From an uncultured Acidobacteriota bacterium (GTDB taxonomy: Bacteria > Acidobacteriota > UBA6911), in assembly GCA_963809485.1 (NCBI GenBank), contig CAWEJX010000012.1, positions 32,001-96,000 of the forward strand: a stretch of DNA of 64,000 nucleotides. Direction: 5' to 3'. A program made the position numbers and the translations under genes. Positions 23,581 through 33,952 of this stretch are shown here, one piece after another. Every line of letters starts with the position of its first letter. The first letter of the stretch is position 1. The notes below the pieces were generated by a model. The model saw nothing but the letters and a program-made list of their open reading frames with translations. It was not told the DNA's origin and did no database searches.

Positions 23581-23730
23581 CCTAAACCGTAATATAGCAA
23601 AGATCCTCAAGTTGATTTCCGATTTGAAAAGCATCGTACGGAAACCACTTCATCGAAGATTCGATAGCCCTTTCAAAGCCCATTGCTAAAAAATACCAAA
23701 GAAGAGAACATTACGCGACGCAGAGGCTTT

Positions 23731-23912
23731 GTCAGGTATCTCCGGCAAAGCTGGAGGCTTGAAAGATTTGAACCGCTCAAAGCGGTTGGACTAGTTACGC
23801 TGGTCTTGAACGCTGACTTACGCGGGCAAAAGCCGATGAGGCGCTTCCGATCCCCGCAGAAAACTTCCTCGGAAGCGCCTCATCGGCTTTTGCTCGCCGA
23901 CCCTCGCCGAAC
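23731..23912 (+). mobile_element. IS200/IS605-like non-autonomous element, partial copy 1
   Basis: CTCCGGCAAAGCTGGAGG and CCGCTCAAAGCGG hairpins; internal ~29-bp inverted repeat at 23822-23897. Confidence 0.65.
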
Positions 23913-24011
23913 AAAAATGTGATTAAACTCGCCGCCAGCCTGAAAGCGGCTCCCGGGACTGCGGCCTTCATACGTCGGATTCCCCGCTAGGACTCGTATA
24001 TTTCAATATTT

Positions 24012-25448
24012 CTACAGAGATATGCCAATTCTTATCGGCTGTATCTTGGCTAAATCAGAATATCCGGACTTGATTTCCAGCGTCTCGGCAATCAAAAGGT
24101 ATCGGTCTCCAGCCTCATCCCAGGCCGGCCATTCTATAAGCCCCTTCACGCTTGGGTTCCCCGTTCTGGCAAATTGAGTCCATATACTCATCATGGCTTC
24201 GGAGATCTTTCTGTCAACGCCTGAAATGGTTGGAGCCGGTGATTGGGCGCCGGAAAGTGCGAAACCGCCATAGTGGGCTTCCCAGGCTTCGGCAACATCC
24301 AGAGATCCGAACATATAATGCAATTCCATCCCGTGGGCCGCCACACAACCTTCCTGTCTCCAGTTATCCGGTACGCGGTCGAATACGGCAGCGTACCCTC
24401 TTGAGCCGGCTTTGCTCGGCGCCTTAAGCATGGTTCTATAGTCTGCGACCATCTTGTCCGCAATGACCAGACCGGGCCCAGTCAGTTCCCCCATATCGGA
24501 TACAACCAGATAGGGCACTTCATTCCGCTTGCCGGCCTGGAACATGTTGAATATTGAATCCGGCAGGAACCATCCATCCTGAACCACGCTCCAGGGCCCC
24601 ATGAATTCATACTCCGGGCCCAAATCTACGTTCAAAGCCTGTTCCGCTTCGACAATTTTTTCCCAGGAGATTGCGCGGGCTGCAGTCAGAGGATCCCTTT
24701 CCCCATCGACACCGAGTTTGGCAAAATATTTCCCGCCGAATGCTTCCATATTTTTCAGTTGGGTTGGTTCAAAATCCTTTCCCCCGCTTTGAATGATGGC
24801 CCGCTGAAACAGCCCTTTTGCCAGAGGGGAAGCCATCAAGGCGGCCACTTTGAGCCCGCCTCCGGATTGACCAAAGATCGTCACGTTATCCGGGTCGCCA
24901 CCGAAGGCGGCGATGTTTTTTTTGACCCACTTCAGGGAATCAATCAAGTCCAGAAAAAGATAATTGCCGGAAACCCCCTGGGGGGATTCGCGAGAAATCA
25001 ATTCGTGTGCGAACAAACCGAATATACCCAGCCGGCTATTGACGGTAACCAGCACCACACCATGGCTGGGCAGTCCGAGACTGTTGCTAATAGGCAGATT
25101 GCCGTTCCCATATCGAGTGCCACCTCCATGAAACCAGACCATAACCGGCAATTGATCGCTCGCCTTTTGGGCCGGCGTCATTACGTTGAGATAAAGGCAA
25201 TCTTCACTCGATGGCAATGCCTGCAGTTTTTCCGATGCATGAACATCCGGATACTGAGCAGCCTGAATGCTGAATTCAGTGCATTCGCGCACACCCGGCC
25301 ATGAAGCCGCCGGTTGCGCCGGCTTCCAGCGCAAGCCTCCGACGGGCGGAGCGGCATAGGGTATGCCCCTGAATATATGGATCTCCGGACCACTTTGTCT
25401 TGCCTTCATGCCGGAGATAGAACCGGTATTCAGCATTATCCGATCCAT
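24012..25448 (-). CDS. Type-B carboxylesterase, no signal peptide
   Basis: FRGIPYAAPP, SEDCLYLNV, HGGG, GQSGG, AHGMEL. Confidence 0.95.
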   Translation of the reverse strand: MDRIMLNTGSISGMKARQSGPEIHIFRGIPYAAPPVGGLRWKPAQPAASWPGVRECTEFSIQAAQYPDVHASEKLQALPSSEDCLYLNVMTPAQKASDQLPVMVWFHGGGTRYGNGNLPISNSLGLPSHGVVLVTVNSRLGIFGLFAHELISRESPQGVSGNYLFLDLIDSLKWVKKNIAAFGGDPDNVTIFGQSGGGLKVAALMASPLAKGLFQRAIIQSGGKDFEPTQLKNMEAFGGKYFAKLGVDGERDPLTAARAISWEKIVEAEQALNVDLGPEYEFMGPWSVVQDGWFLPDSIFNMFQAGKRNEVPYLVVSDMGELTGPGLVIADKMVADYRTMLKAPSKAGSRGYAAVFDRVPDNWRQEGCVAAHGMELHYMFGSLDVAEAWEAHYGGFALSGAQSPAPTISGVDRKISEAMMSIWTQFARTGNPSVKGLIEWPAWDEAGDRYLLIAETLEIKSGYSDLAKIQPIRIGISL

Positions 25449-25595
25449 AGGCTTCTCCCGTTCCCTCTAAGCTCCCTTATTTCCCAATAGAATTTTTGAT
25501 ATTAACATGCTTCGCTATTTCAAGTCCGGAATATCCAAGCCGCGGCAACATATACTGAGCGTCCGAAATAAATGCTCATCCGTGGATTTTCATCA

Positions 25596-25706
25596 GGCGC
25601 AAAGGGCCGGCACAGCAGTGGAGTGCCGCGCCTTTGGCGCTCCTTTTAAATGTAATCCCATCCCGGCCTCACGGCCGGGCTTACTGCCTACCGGCCCATT
25701 CGGCCT
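25596..25706. repeat. REP-like cluster of short GC palindromes
   Basis: GCGCCTTTGGCGC and CCCGGCCTCACGGCCGGG hairpins in intergenic DNA. Confidence 0.45.
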
Positions 25707-25884
25707 CACCGGGGATACGCAATTATTCATGTCGTTCTGTATAGATCCAAGGAATAGCCTTCGAGAAGCGATTTGGGGACTCGAAGACTCAAAGGCTCCA
25801 GATTTCCAAGAATAGCAATGCGTGAATTTTATGGAATAGGAGCGCCCCGGAGGATGCAGCTACTGGTTTTGTCCTGCATTTTGC

Positions 25885-26793
25885 TCACTTGAGCGTTTTG
25901 GCAACGCGAAAGCCAAGATAGTTGCGGCCACGAGTATCCGGCGCATACACAAACGCCCGATTCGCCGAACGCAGGGTTTTCGAGTTGCTCTCAAATGAAT
26001 TGGAGCGGAATCCGCGCACGGCGCAATTGCCGCTCTTTACCGCCGAGCCGTCGGTCGGCAACAATGCGATGTCGGTTTCGTAGCAGTCCTCGATCCACTG
26101 GTAGATGTTGCCGTACATGTCACACAGGCCGAAAGCATTTGTCGGGAAGGAACATACCGGAGAGGTCGAATTTACCCATACGTCCCGTCCCGCTGCCAGT
26201 CCGCCCACATCCGGGCCGCCCTCTATGCCGTAATTGGCGTAATCATGACTGGGTTCGTTCCCCCACCAGTAGACGCTAGTAGTGCCGGCACGTGCCGCAT
26301 ATTCAAATTCCGATTCCGTCAAAAGGCGATATTTCTCCTTGCCGATCTTCCTGTTGAGCCAGCCGACAAACCCCTGTGCATCCCACCAGCTGATGCCAAC
26401 CACGGGGTGGCTGCCCCTGCCGTGGTCCACATACTCTTGGATCGGTTTCCCTTTGGGGTCCAATCGAAGCGCAGCTTCTAGAGCCTGCCCCTCGCACATG
26501 GCGTCGCGCACGCAGGCTTCCCACTGATCCCAGGTGATCGGCCCTTTGCTCACCGCAAAGGAATATGCGATCGTGACCTTGTGCTGCCCCTCGTCTTTAT
26601 CCCGGGCCTTCTCTGTTTCCGGCGACCCCATGATAAACGTTCCCGGGGGGATGACCACCATTTCCGGACACGTCTCACAATCCTTAAAAGTTCCGGAGGC
26701 ACCATCCGCAGCATCTGCGAACGTCGCCAATCCTCCCATCATGCTTAACACAGCGGCAGCCAGCGCTGGAATCCCCAAACGCAGTCGTTTCAT
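25885..26793 (-). CDS. Formylglycine-generating-enzyme (SUMF1/FGE-sulfatase) domain protein, signal peptide
   Basis: FKDCETCPEMVVIP, YRLLTESEFEYAARAG, NAFGLCDMYGN, GFRVAK. Confidence 0.92.
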   Translation of the reverse strand: MKRLRLGIPALAAAVLSMMGGLATFADAADGASGTFKDCETCPEMVVIPPGTFIMGSPETEKARDKDEGQHKVTIAYSFAVSKGPITWDQWEACVRDAMCEGQALEAALRLDPKGKPIQEYVDHGRGSHPVVGISWWDAQGFVGWLNRKIGKEKYRLLTESEFEYAARAGTTSVYWWGNEPSHDYANYGIEGGPDVGGLAAGRDVWVNSTSPVCSFPTNAFGLCDMYGNIYQWIEDCYETDIALLPTDGSAVKSGNCAVRGFRSNSFESNSKTLRSANRAFVYAPDTRGRNYLGFRVAKTLK

Positions 26794-26901
26794 ACCATCC
26801 CCTTGGATTAATTGTTTCTGCCTGTGTTCCTTTGCTTTTATGCACGTTCCCAGCGAAAAATACAAGCGAAGAACAAAAGGAGCTGGAAAACTAGCCAGTT
26901 T

Positions 26902-27191
26902 CTGTCGCGAAACTCGGGTTTTGCGAAAAAGCCAAATTTTTCAACCGTCAATAGGATATTTGATATTACATAGAAGCCGATAATTGGAGTCAGGCCGCGT
27001 AGCGGCCAGCTGAATTTAGCCAGGCCTTTTAAGGCCTGGATCGAAAGGAGTTAAGTTTTCCGTCGCGTAGCGACGGCTGAATCTCAGGCGTCGCTACGCG
27101 ACGCGCTGCTCGCTGTACCATGGTTCCCGGCCTTGAAAGGCCGGGCTAAAATCATAGTGCCGCTACGCGGCACAAACCAGTTTCGCGACAG
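26902..27191. mobile_element. MITE-like element with 13-bp terminal inverted repeats enclosing nested palindromes
   Basis: CTGTCGCGAAACT (26902) / AGTTTCGCGACAG (27179); inside, GTCGCGTAGCGAC..GTCGCTACGCGAC and GGCCTTTTAAGGCC..GGCCTTGAAAGGCC. Confidence 0.6.
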
Positions 27192-27351
27192 TCCTCCATG
27201 CGCCCGGGGCGCACCCAAGCGCATGAAAATCGGCTTCGCCGACGCTCAATTTGGTGAATGAAGGGTGTAACTGATTCATCAGCTTCGCTATTTTCGGAGC
27301 AGAAACTAGCCAGTTTCTGTTGCCGCACATGGCGCATCGAGTTTATTCCAT

Positions 27352-27395
27352 TGCATTTTAATTGTATTCTGTATGCATTTTAATTGCATTTTAAT
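27352..27395. promoter_or_regulatory. Four tandem 11-bp direct repeats, candidate regulator sites
   Basis: TGCATTTTAAT-TGTATTCTGTA-TGCATTTTAAT-TGCATTTTAAT upstream of the glycyl-radical operon. Confidence 0.5.
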
Positions 27396-27552
27396 ATTCA
27401 GGATATCTTGATATATTTTCATGGTCAGAATCTCAAATCGCTCTGACAGGAAAGGCAAAAACAGAAGGACTCGGCTTTTTCCTGCTCTGCAGCAGGCATT
27501 ACTGTGTCATTGGCTATACGTGAAATGATGCTATCATCATTCTGAGGGTATT

Positions 27553-27797
27553 TAGGCACCTCCGGCAAAGCCAGAGGCTTGAAAGATTTGAACCGCTCAA
27601 AGCGGTTGGAGGAGTTACGCCGGTCTTGAACGCTGACTTACGCGGGCAAAAGCCGATGAGGCGCTTCCGCTCGCCGACCCTCGCCGAACAAATCGGCGTT
27701 TGTCAGCGCTTTTATCAGCGTTTCCCAGCGTTTCAAACTACGGAGCTGTCAAACTCTTTGAGTCCCCCGGTAGAGCCCGGGTTTACCAATGTAATTA
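27553..27797 (+). mobile_element. IS200/IS605-like non-autonomous element, full copy 2
   Basis: Both subterminal hairpins (CCTCCGGCAAAGCCAGAGG ... CCCCGGTAGAGCCCGGG-TTTACCAATGTAATTA); no transposase. Confidence 0.7.
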
Positions 27798-27914
27798 GGC
27801 AAGTAAGGCGGGAGGATGTGGTTTATCGGCAGAACTGCAGAGATGGGACAGGAATGAATATCCGGGTTCTTATGCAGATTGGATGCTTCCCTCAATTATC
27901 GATAGACTGATGCC

Positions 27915-28835
27915 ATGAGCAATTCGGACTATGGAGTCATATTCAACATCCAAGGCTATTGCATCCACGATGGCCCCGGAATTCGCACTTCGGTATTTCT
28001 GAAAGGATGTCCGCTACGCTGCCTCTGGTGCCAGAATCCCGAATCTCATTCTTTCTATCCCGAACTCCTTTTTGCAGAGGAAAAGTGCACCGGTTGCGGG
28101 AAGTGCGTCCAGGTTTGCCCGGAAAATGCAATCCGGGTGAACGGGAAAAAGTCCCGAACCGATCGCCAGTTCTGTAAGAGCTCAGGATTGTGCGTAGATG
28201 CCTGTCCCAACGAAGCGAGAGCTGCAATCGGACGCAGGGCAACGGCCGACGAGGTTTTCAAAGAGATCGCTGCAGATTCATTGTTCTATCAAGAGTCGGG
28301 CGGTGGAGTTACTTTGAGCGGCGGGGAGCCTCTGGCGCAACCTGAGTTCGCGGCCCATATCCTGAAAAAATGCCGGGATGCCGGATTCCACACGGCGCTG
28401 GATACATGCGGGTACGCAAGCTGGACAATAATAAAAGAGGTCCTGCGCCATGTAGACCTCGTGCTTTACGATTTCAAGCACATGAATCCGGAATTGCACA
28501 GGAAATATACAGGCGTATCCAACGAGCTGATTTTGCAGAATGCAGAGAAAATACATCATGAGATGTCAATACCGATGCGAGCCCGCGTAACAGTCATCCC
28601 GGGTTTTAACGACTCTCCTGAAAATATAGAAGCCACAGCCAGATTTATTGCTGATAAACTCTCGAATTCCATTCCTGTTCATATACTTCCCTATCATCGC
28701 CTCGGAGAGGCGAAGTGGGAGCGGTTGGACAGGAACAGTGAGACTGCAGCGATCGACACTCCCGGCGAACAGCAGTTAGCGGAGTGCCGGCGGATTTTTG
28801 AGTCCTTCGGTCTGACACCGATTGCCGGCGGTTGA
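27915..28835 (+). CDS. Glycyl-radical enzyme activating protein (radical SAM with ferredoxin insert)
   Basis: HDGPGIRT, CPLRCLWCQNPES, CTGCGKCVQVCP, SGGEP. Confidence 0.96.
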   Translation: MSNSDYGVIFNIQGYCIHDGPGIRTSVFLKGCPLRCLWCQNPESHSFYPELLFAEEKCTGCGKCVQVCPENAIRVNGKKSRTDRQFCKSSGLCVDACPNEARAAIGRRATADEVFKEIAADSLFYQESGGGVTLSGGEPLAQPEFAAHILKKCRDAGFHTALDTCGYASWTIIKEVLRHVDLVLYDFKHMNPELHRKYTGVSNELILQNAEKIHHEMSIPMRARVTVIPGFNDSPENIEATARFIADKLSNSIPVHILPYHRLGEAKWERLDRNSETAAIDTPGEQQLAECRRIFESFGLTPIAGG

Positions 28836-28885
28836 TTTATTCACAAGTAACCTTTTCCACAGGCTTTCTGTGAAGGGGAAAGGAT

Positions 28886-31288
28886 ATGAACACAAGAGTA
28901 CAAAGACTCAAGGATCGCCTCATGGTCAACCAATATCCGATTTGCGCGGAGAAAGCCCGGTTGATTGTGGAGTCTTTGCGGCAGACGGAAGGAGAACCGC
29001 AGATAGTTCGGAGGGCTAAGGCCACTGCCTACTATCTCGACAACAGGACAATTTTCATCGAAGACGACGAACTCATCGTCGGCAATGTTGCCAGCCGTCC
29101 CATGGGGATGGAAGCAGGATCCATGGGCCCGGCGTGGCCGGAGGAAGACCTCGAGGATCTCAGAAAAGGCACTCTTTCCCTATCTGATGAAGATGCGGCG
29201 ATTTTGAGATCGCTGGACGGCTATTGGAAGGAAAAGGGCCGGACCCTCGACGAACGGCAGGGGCAATTTTATGACGATGAGCGGTTGTGGCCGTTCATTC
29301 AATCAGGAATCCTCTGCCCGCCTTGGCAGAACAGGATTGAGGGGCGGGGCTCAGGTTCTGCAGGCGCCGGATGGGGATTGGGACTGGGGCTGTGTCTGAT
29401 CCTGCCCGATTATGCCAAGGTTTTGAATGAAGGACTGGCAAAAATTATCCGCGATGCGGAAGCTGAATTGAAAGCTTTGAAGTATTTGAGCCTCGACGCC
29501 ATAAAAAAGGCGGATTTTCTAAGATCCGTGTTGATTGTCATCCCTGCAATTATCCGCATTGCTGGCAGATTCTCCGACCTTGCCGCCGAAAAAGCCTCGA
29601 AAGAAAAGAATCCGCAGCGCAAAAGAGAACTGGAGAAAATAGCCGCGGCTTGCCGGCATGTGCCCGCAAATCCGCCCCGCACATTTTATGAGGCTATGCA
29701 GTCTTTCTGGTTCCTATGGCTGATGGTAGCCGGCGGGACCACGCCGGGAGGCCGCTTCGATCAGTTCATGTATCCGTTCTATCAAAAAGACAGGCAAAAC
29801 GGTGCTATCCGCGATGATGAAGTTTTGGAATTGCTGGAGCTATTGCGTATCAAAGTTATGCAGCTCAACTTTGTTGGCGGCGGCAAAGGCCAGCGTGAGA
29901 AGTGGGCGGGCATGGCCCGATGGAACAACTGGGTGATCGGGGGAGTCACGCCGGATGGCGACGACGCAACCAATGAGCTCTCCTACCTGATTCTGGAAGC
30001 GGCGCTTCAATGCCAGACTCCACATCACACTATCACGGTGAGGGTCCACCCAGGCACTCCCGACGCCCTCATGCTGAAAGCCCTGGAACTGGCAAAAACC
30101 GGGATTGGGATGCCGGCTTTTATTGGTGATAAATCCTATATCTCCTACCTCGTCGGCCAAGGGGTTCCGTTGCGGGATGCGCGGGACTTTGGATTGGCCG
30201 GCTGTATCGACGTCAATCTTCCCGGTAAATCGCGCATCAACGCCTTCGGCATGTTCATCGTGCCGCGTGTTCTCGAAATTGCCATGAACGGCGGCTTGGA
30301 TCCCCGTAGCGGAAAACAGCTGGGTCCAAGGACCGGGGAGATCGAAAGTTTTGAAACATTCGACGCCTTTTTCAATGCCTTCAGGGAACAACTCGCCTAT
30401 TTCATGGGGCTTACGGTAGAGGAGCATAACATTTTATTGCAGGCGCAGACGGAGCTTTTCCCGGATGCCGTTCATTCCGTCCTCATGGAGGATTCCCTGA
30501 AGGTCGGCAGAGATGTACTGGATCGGCGCCTCCCCTTTGAGAACGGCTCGGCCCTGAATCCGGTAGGAATGATAAACGTCGCCGATTCGCTGGCCGCGAT
30601 CAAGAAGCTGATCTTTGAAGAGAAGAAAGCAACGGCGCGGGAGCTGAAATCCGCCCTTGCTGCCAACTGGCAGGGGAATGGATATTCTGAGATGCGCTCA
30701 CTGTTCCAGGCAGCCCCCAAATACGGCAACGGTGATGAGTATGTCGACTCCATAGCCGCGGAGCTTTACAGGTTCTGGGCCGACACAGCGGTTACCTTCC
30801 CGAGCATTTGGGGAGGGAACGTAAAACCGACGGGCATATCGATTACGGCGCATGCGCCTGGAGGCGCTTTGACCGGCGCTACGCCCGACGGCAGATATGC
30901 CGGCGAAACGCTGGCGGACGGAACCATGTCTCCCGCCCAGGCCCGGGACACGCACGGCCCCACGGCCGTAATCCGGAGCGCTCTGGCAATCAACCAGGCT
31001 CCTTATCAGGCTACATTGCTTAACATGAAGTTTCACCCTACGGCCTTAAAAAGCACAGAGGACCTGAAAAAGCTTTCGCATCTGATAAAAGCCTATTTCA
31101 ATGGGGGCGGCAAGCACATTCAATTCAATGTTGTCGACAGGCAGACGCTGATCAATGCTCAGCAGCACCCCGAACGGCATCGGGACCTTCTGGTAAGGGT
31201 GGCAGGCTACAGCGCATATTTCGTGCATCTCACCAAAGCGGTCCAGGATGAGATCATCTTGCGCACTGAAATTGAAAGCCCCGGATAG
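28886..31288 (+). CDS. Glycyl radical enzyme (PFL2-like superfamily), substrate unknown
   Basis: RVAGYSAYF glycyl loop, AGCID Cys loop, GRFDQFMYPFY, ATPDGR. Confidence 0.95.
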   Translation: MNTRVQRLKDRLMVNQYPICAEKARLIVESLRQTEGEPQIVRRAKATAYYLDNRTIFIEDDELIVGNVASRPMGMEAGSMGPAWPEEDLEDLRKGTLSLSDEDAAILRSLDGYWKEKGRTLDERQGQFYDDERLWPFIQSGILCPPWQNRIEGRGSGSAGAGWGLGLGLCLILPDYAKVLNEGLAKIIRDAEAELKALKYLSLDAIKKADFLRSVLIVIPAIIRIAGRFSDLAAEKASKEKNPQRKRELEKIAAACRHVPANPPRTFYEAMQSFWFLWLMVAGGTTPGGRFDQFMYPFYQKDRQNGAIRDDEVLELLELLRIKVMQLNFVGGGKGQREKWAGMARWNNWVIGGVTPDGDDATNELSYLILEAALQCQTPHHTITVRVHPGTPDALMLKALELAKTGIGMPAFIGDKSYISYLVGQGVPLRDARDFGLAGCIDVNLPGKSRINAFGMFIVPRVLEIAMNGGLDPRSGKQLGPRTGEIESFETFDAFFNAFREQLAYFMGLTVEEHNILLQAQTELFPDAVHSVLMEDSLKVGRDVLDRRLPFENGSALNPVGMINVADSLAAIKKLIFEEKKATARELKSALAANWQGNGYSEMRSLFQAAPKYGNGDEYVDSIAAELYRFWADTAVTFPSIWGGNVKPTGISITAHAPGGALTGATPDGRYAGETLADGTMSPAQARDTHGPTAVIRSALAINQAPYQATLLNMKFHPTALKSTEDLKKLSHLIKAYFNGGGKHIQFNVVDRQTLINAQQHPERHRDLLVRVAGYSAYFVHLTKAVQDEIILRTEIESPG

Positions 31289-31372
31289 GGACTCCAAAAT
31301 TCCTATGGAGCATTTGCATCCCAGGAGCTTTATTCCGGTCTTTGAATTCTGTTTACGGAACTGGGGGTTGTA

Positions 31373-33764
31373 ATGGAAACAGTGGCAGACAAAATACGCA
31401 GGAGAGGGTTTCCTTTATGTATAGAGAAGGCCCGCCTGATTACCGAATCCTATCAACAAACAGAGGGCGAGCCATCCATCCTAAGGCACGCAAAAGCTTT
31501 CTCCTATATGCTGGAAAATATGCCTGTATTGATAGATAACGATGAGCTTTTCGTTGGTGAAGGAGCCAGCAAACCCTGGGGGGCCGAAATAGACCCATTT
31601 CTGGGAGTGTGGAGGGAAGAGGAGATCAAGGCTGCAGCTGAAGAGGGAATCATATCTGTTGACGAAATAGACTGGCCGCTGTTCAGAGAACTTGGCAAAT
31701 ACTGGGAGACTAGATGCTCGGAGTACACTCAATCAAAGCTTTTCGATGAGAGAATATTCAGATACCTGCAGCTCGGCATTACGCTTCCACCGATGAAAAG
31801 AAAAGATGAATTTAGAGGTGCCTATGCCGGCAGCGGACTCTGCCTATCCTTTGCCTTTACCGATTGCTATGCGGACTTCTCCAGATGGCTGAACGGATTG
31901 AATCCAATAATTCTGGAAGCGGAAGAAGAGCTCCGGAACTTGAGGTTTTTCAATCTGGATGACGTGGAGAAAAAACTATTTTTGGAAGCAGCAATAATGG
32001 TGCTTAAGGCCGTCATCCGGCTGGCCGACAGATATGCCGAGGCAGCCGAAGCGCTGGCGGAAAACGAGGGAAATGCCCGGCGGAAAGAAGAGCTAAAGAG
32101 AATTGCAGAAGCATGTCGTTGGACGCCGGCCAATCGCCCTGACAGCTTTTACCAGGCGATGCAGTCGCTGTGGTTCAATCAAATCCTGTCCGCTCCCACC
32201 TCGACCTATAATCTGGGCAGATTCGATCAGTATATGTATCCGTTTTATAAAAAAGACATTGAGGAAGGCCGGATTAACAATGAGGAAGTTATAAGCCTGT
32301 TGTGTGAATTGCGCATCAAATGCATGAGGCCTGAGAATATCAAGCTCTCAAGCGCCAAGCGATCGCAGCATGCAGGCTTTGCTAAATGGCGGAACATGAC
32401 CATCGGGGGCGTCACAGCTGACGGCAAAGATGCCAGCAATGAATTGACCTATCTGGTCCTGGAGGCGGCCAACAGGCTCAGAACGGCGCATCACACCATT
32501 ACACTGAGAGTTCACGAAGAAACGCCGGAAGACTTGCTAATAAAGGCTCTGGAGGTTGTCAAAACAGGCATCGGTATGCCGGCCCTGGCACTGGACAAAT
32601 CCTTTCTTGATTATCTGACCTCCGGAGGCATACCGGTGGAGGATGCCCGTAATTACCACCTTGCCGGGTGTGTGGATCCGGCCATTCCGGGAAAAGCCAG
32701 CTTCCTGGCGGGCAGTTTTTTTGTAGTGCCCAAGGTCCTGGAAATCTTCTTGAATGACGGAGTAGATCCGCGCACAGGCCTGGAAGCCTATTCTTTCAAG
32801 CGGCCTGTTGAGGAAATTGAAACGTTTGAAGAGTTCTACGAGGCGTTTAAGAGCACCCTGTCCTATTTTATCAGTCTATGGCATGAACACAGCTTCCTTA
32901 GTGGACATCCCAAGGACTACTACGATGCGGTCGAGATTCTGGAAACTGTCCTGGTGCAGGATGGAATCAAGATAGGCAAACCCCTATCGAGGAGAAAGCC
33001 CGTCCCGCCTTATGACTTCAGGGCGGCGATGGTGCCTGTCGGCGCCATCAATGTGGCGGATTCACTGGCGGCCATCAAGATGCTGATCTTCGACGAAAAG
33101 AAATTTTCCATGAAAGCGCTGAGACAAGCATTGTCTGCGAACTGGGAAGGTCACGAAAATATCAGAAAGATGTGTCTGCAGGCGCCCAAATATGGAAATG
33201 ACATCGACTATGTGGATTCCATAGCCAGGGAACTCTACAGGTTTCTTATAGACGAGGAAGCCAAATATCTGCACATTCGGCCGCCCTGAACATGGAAAAA
33301 TCCGAGGGATTGGCGGCGCCTCCATCTCATCCATGTTTGCAGGCGGCACCATAGTCGGGGCAACTCCCGACGGGAGATATGCCGGCACAACTTTGGCTGA
33401 CGGGACAGCCTCTCCTGCCCAGGGACGAGACACACATGGACCTACGGCAATGCTCAGGAGCGCCGCGAAGATCGATCAGTCTTTGTGTGCCTCAACGCTG
33501 CTGAACGTGAAGCTTCATCCTTCGTCCTTGGCAGGCCGGGAGGACCTGAAAAAACTGGGAAGTCTCATCAAAGCCTACGCTGCCATGGGAGGCAAATGGA
33601 TTCAATTCAATGTCGTCGGAAATGATCAGTTGCTCGAAGCCCAGAAGTTTCCTGAAAGGTATCGCGACTTGATTGTAAGAGTGGCAGGATATAGCGCGTA
33701 TTTTGTGGACCTGAATAAAGGCGTCCAGGATGATATTGTCAGACGAATGGAGGTCAGTATTTAA
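31373..33764 (+). CDS. Second glycyl radical enzyme (+1 frameshift near 33285)
   Basis: AGCVD Cys loop; the fragment 33333..33764 carries RVAGYSAYF; paralogous to the upstream gene. Confidence 0.9.
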
Positions 33765-33952
33765 AGGGTTGAGTATTTTATGCCCCAAGGGTCTATATAT
33801 GAACCTGTTAGCTGCCGCGTTCATCGCAACCCCCGCAGCCGACCCACGATTCCATAGAGAATGCCTGAGCAGTTTCATCTCGAAATACCTGGATGCCATG
33901 CTATCGCGCAATCCGGGCCTGTTGCCGCGCTCTGCCGATGCGCAGCCGCTGG

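Noticed and set aside
33287-33289. TGA ending the second GRE ORF as possible Sec
   Set aside because: The protein continues in a different frame, so this is a frameshift and not read-through
28886-33764. Calling the GREs pyruvate formate-lyase or benzylsuccinate synthase
   Set aside because: No CC or CMSP motif and no small BSS subunits
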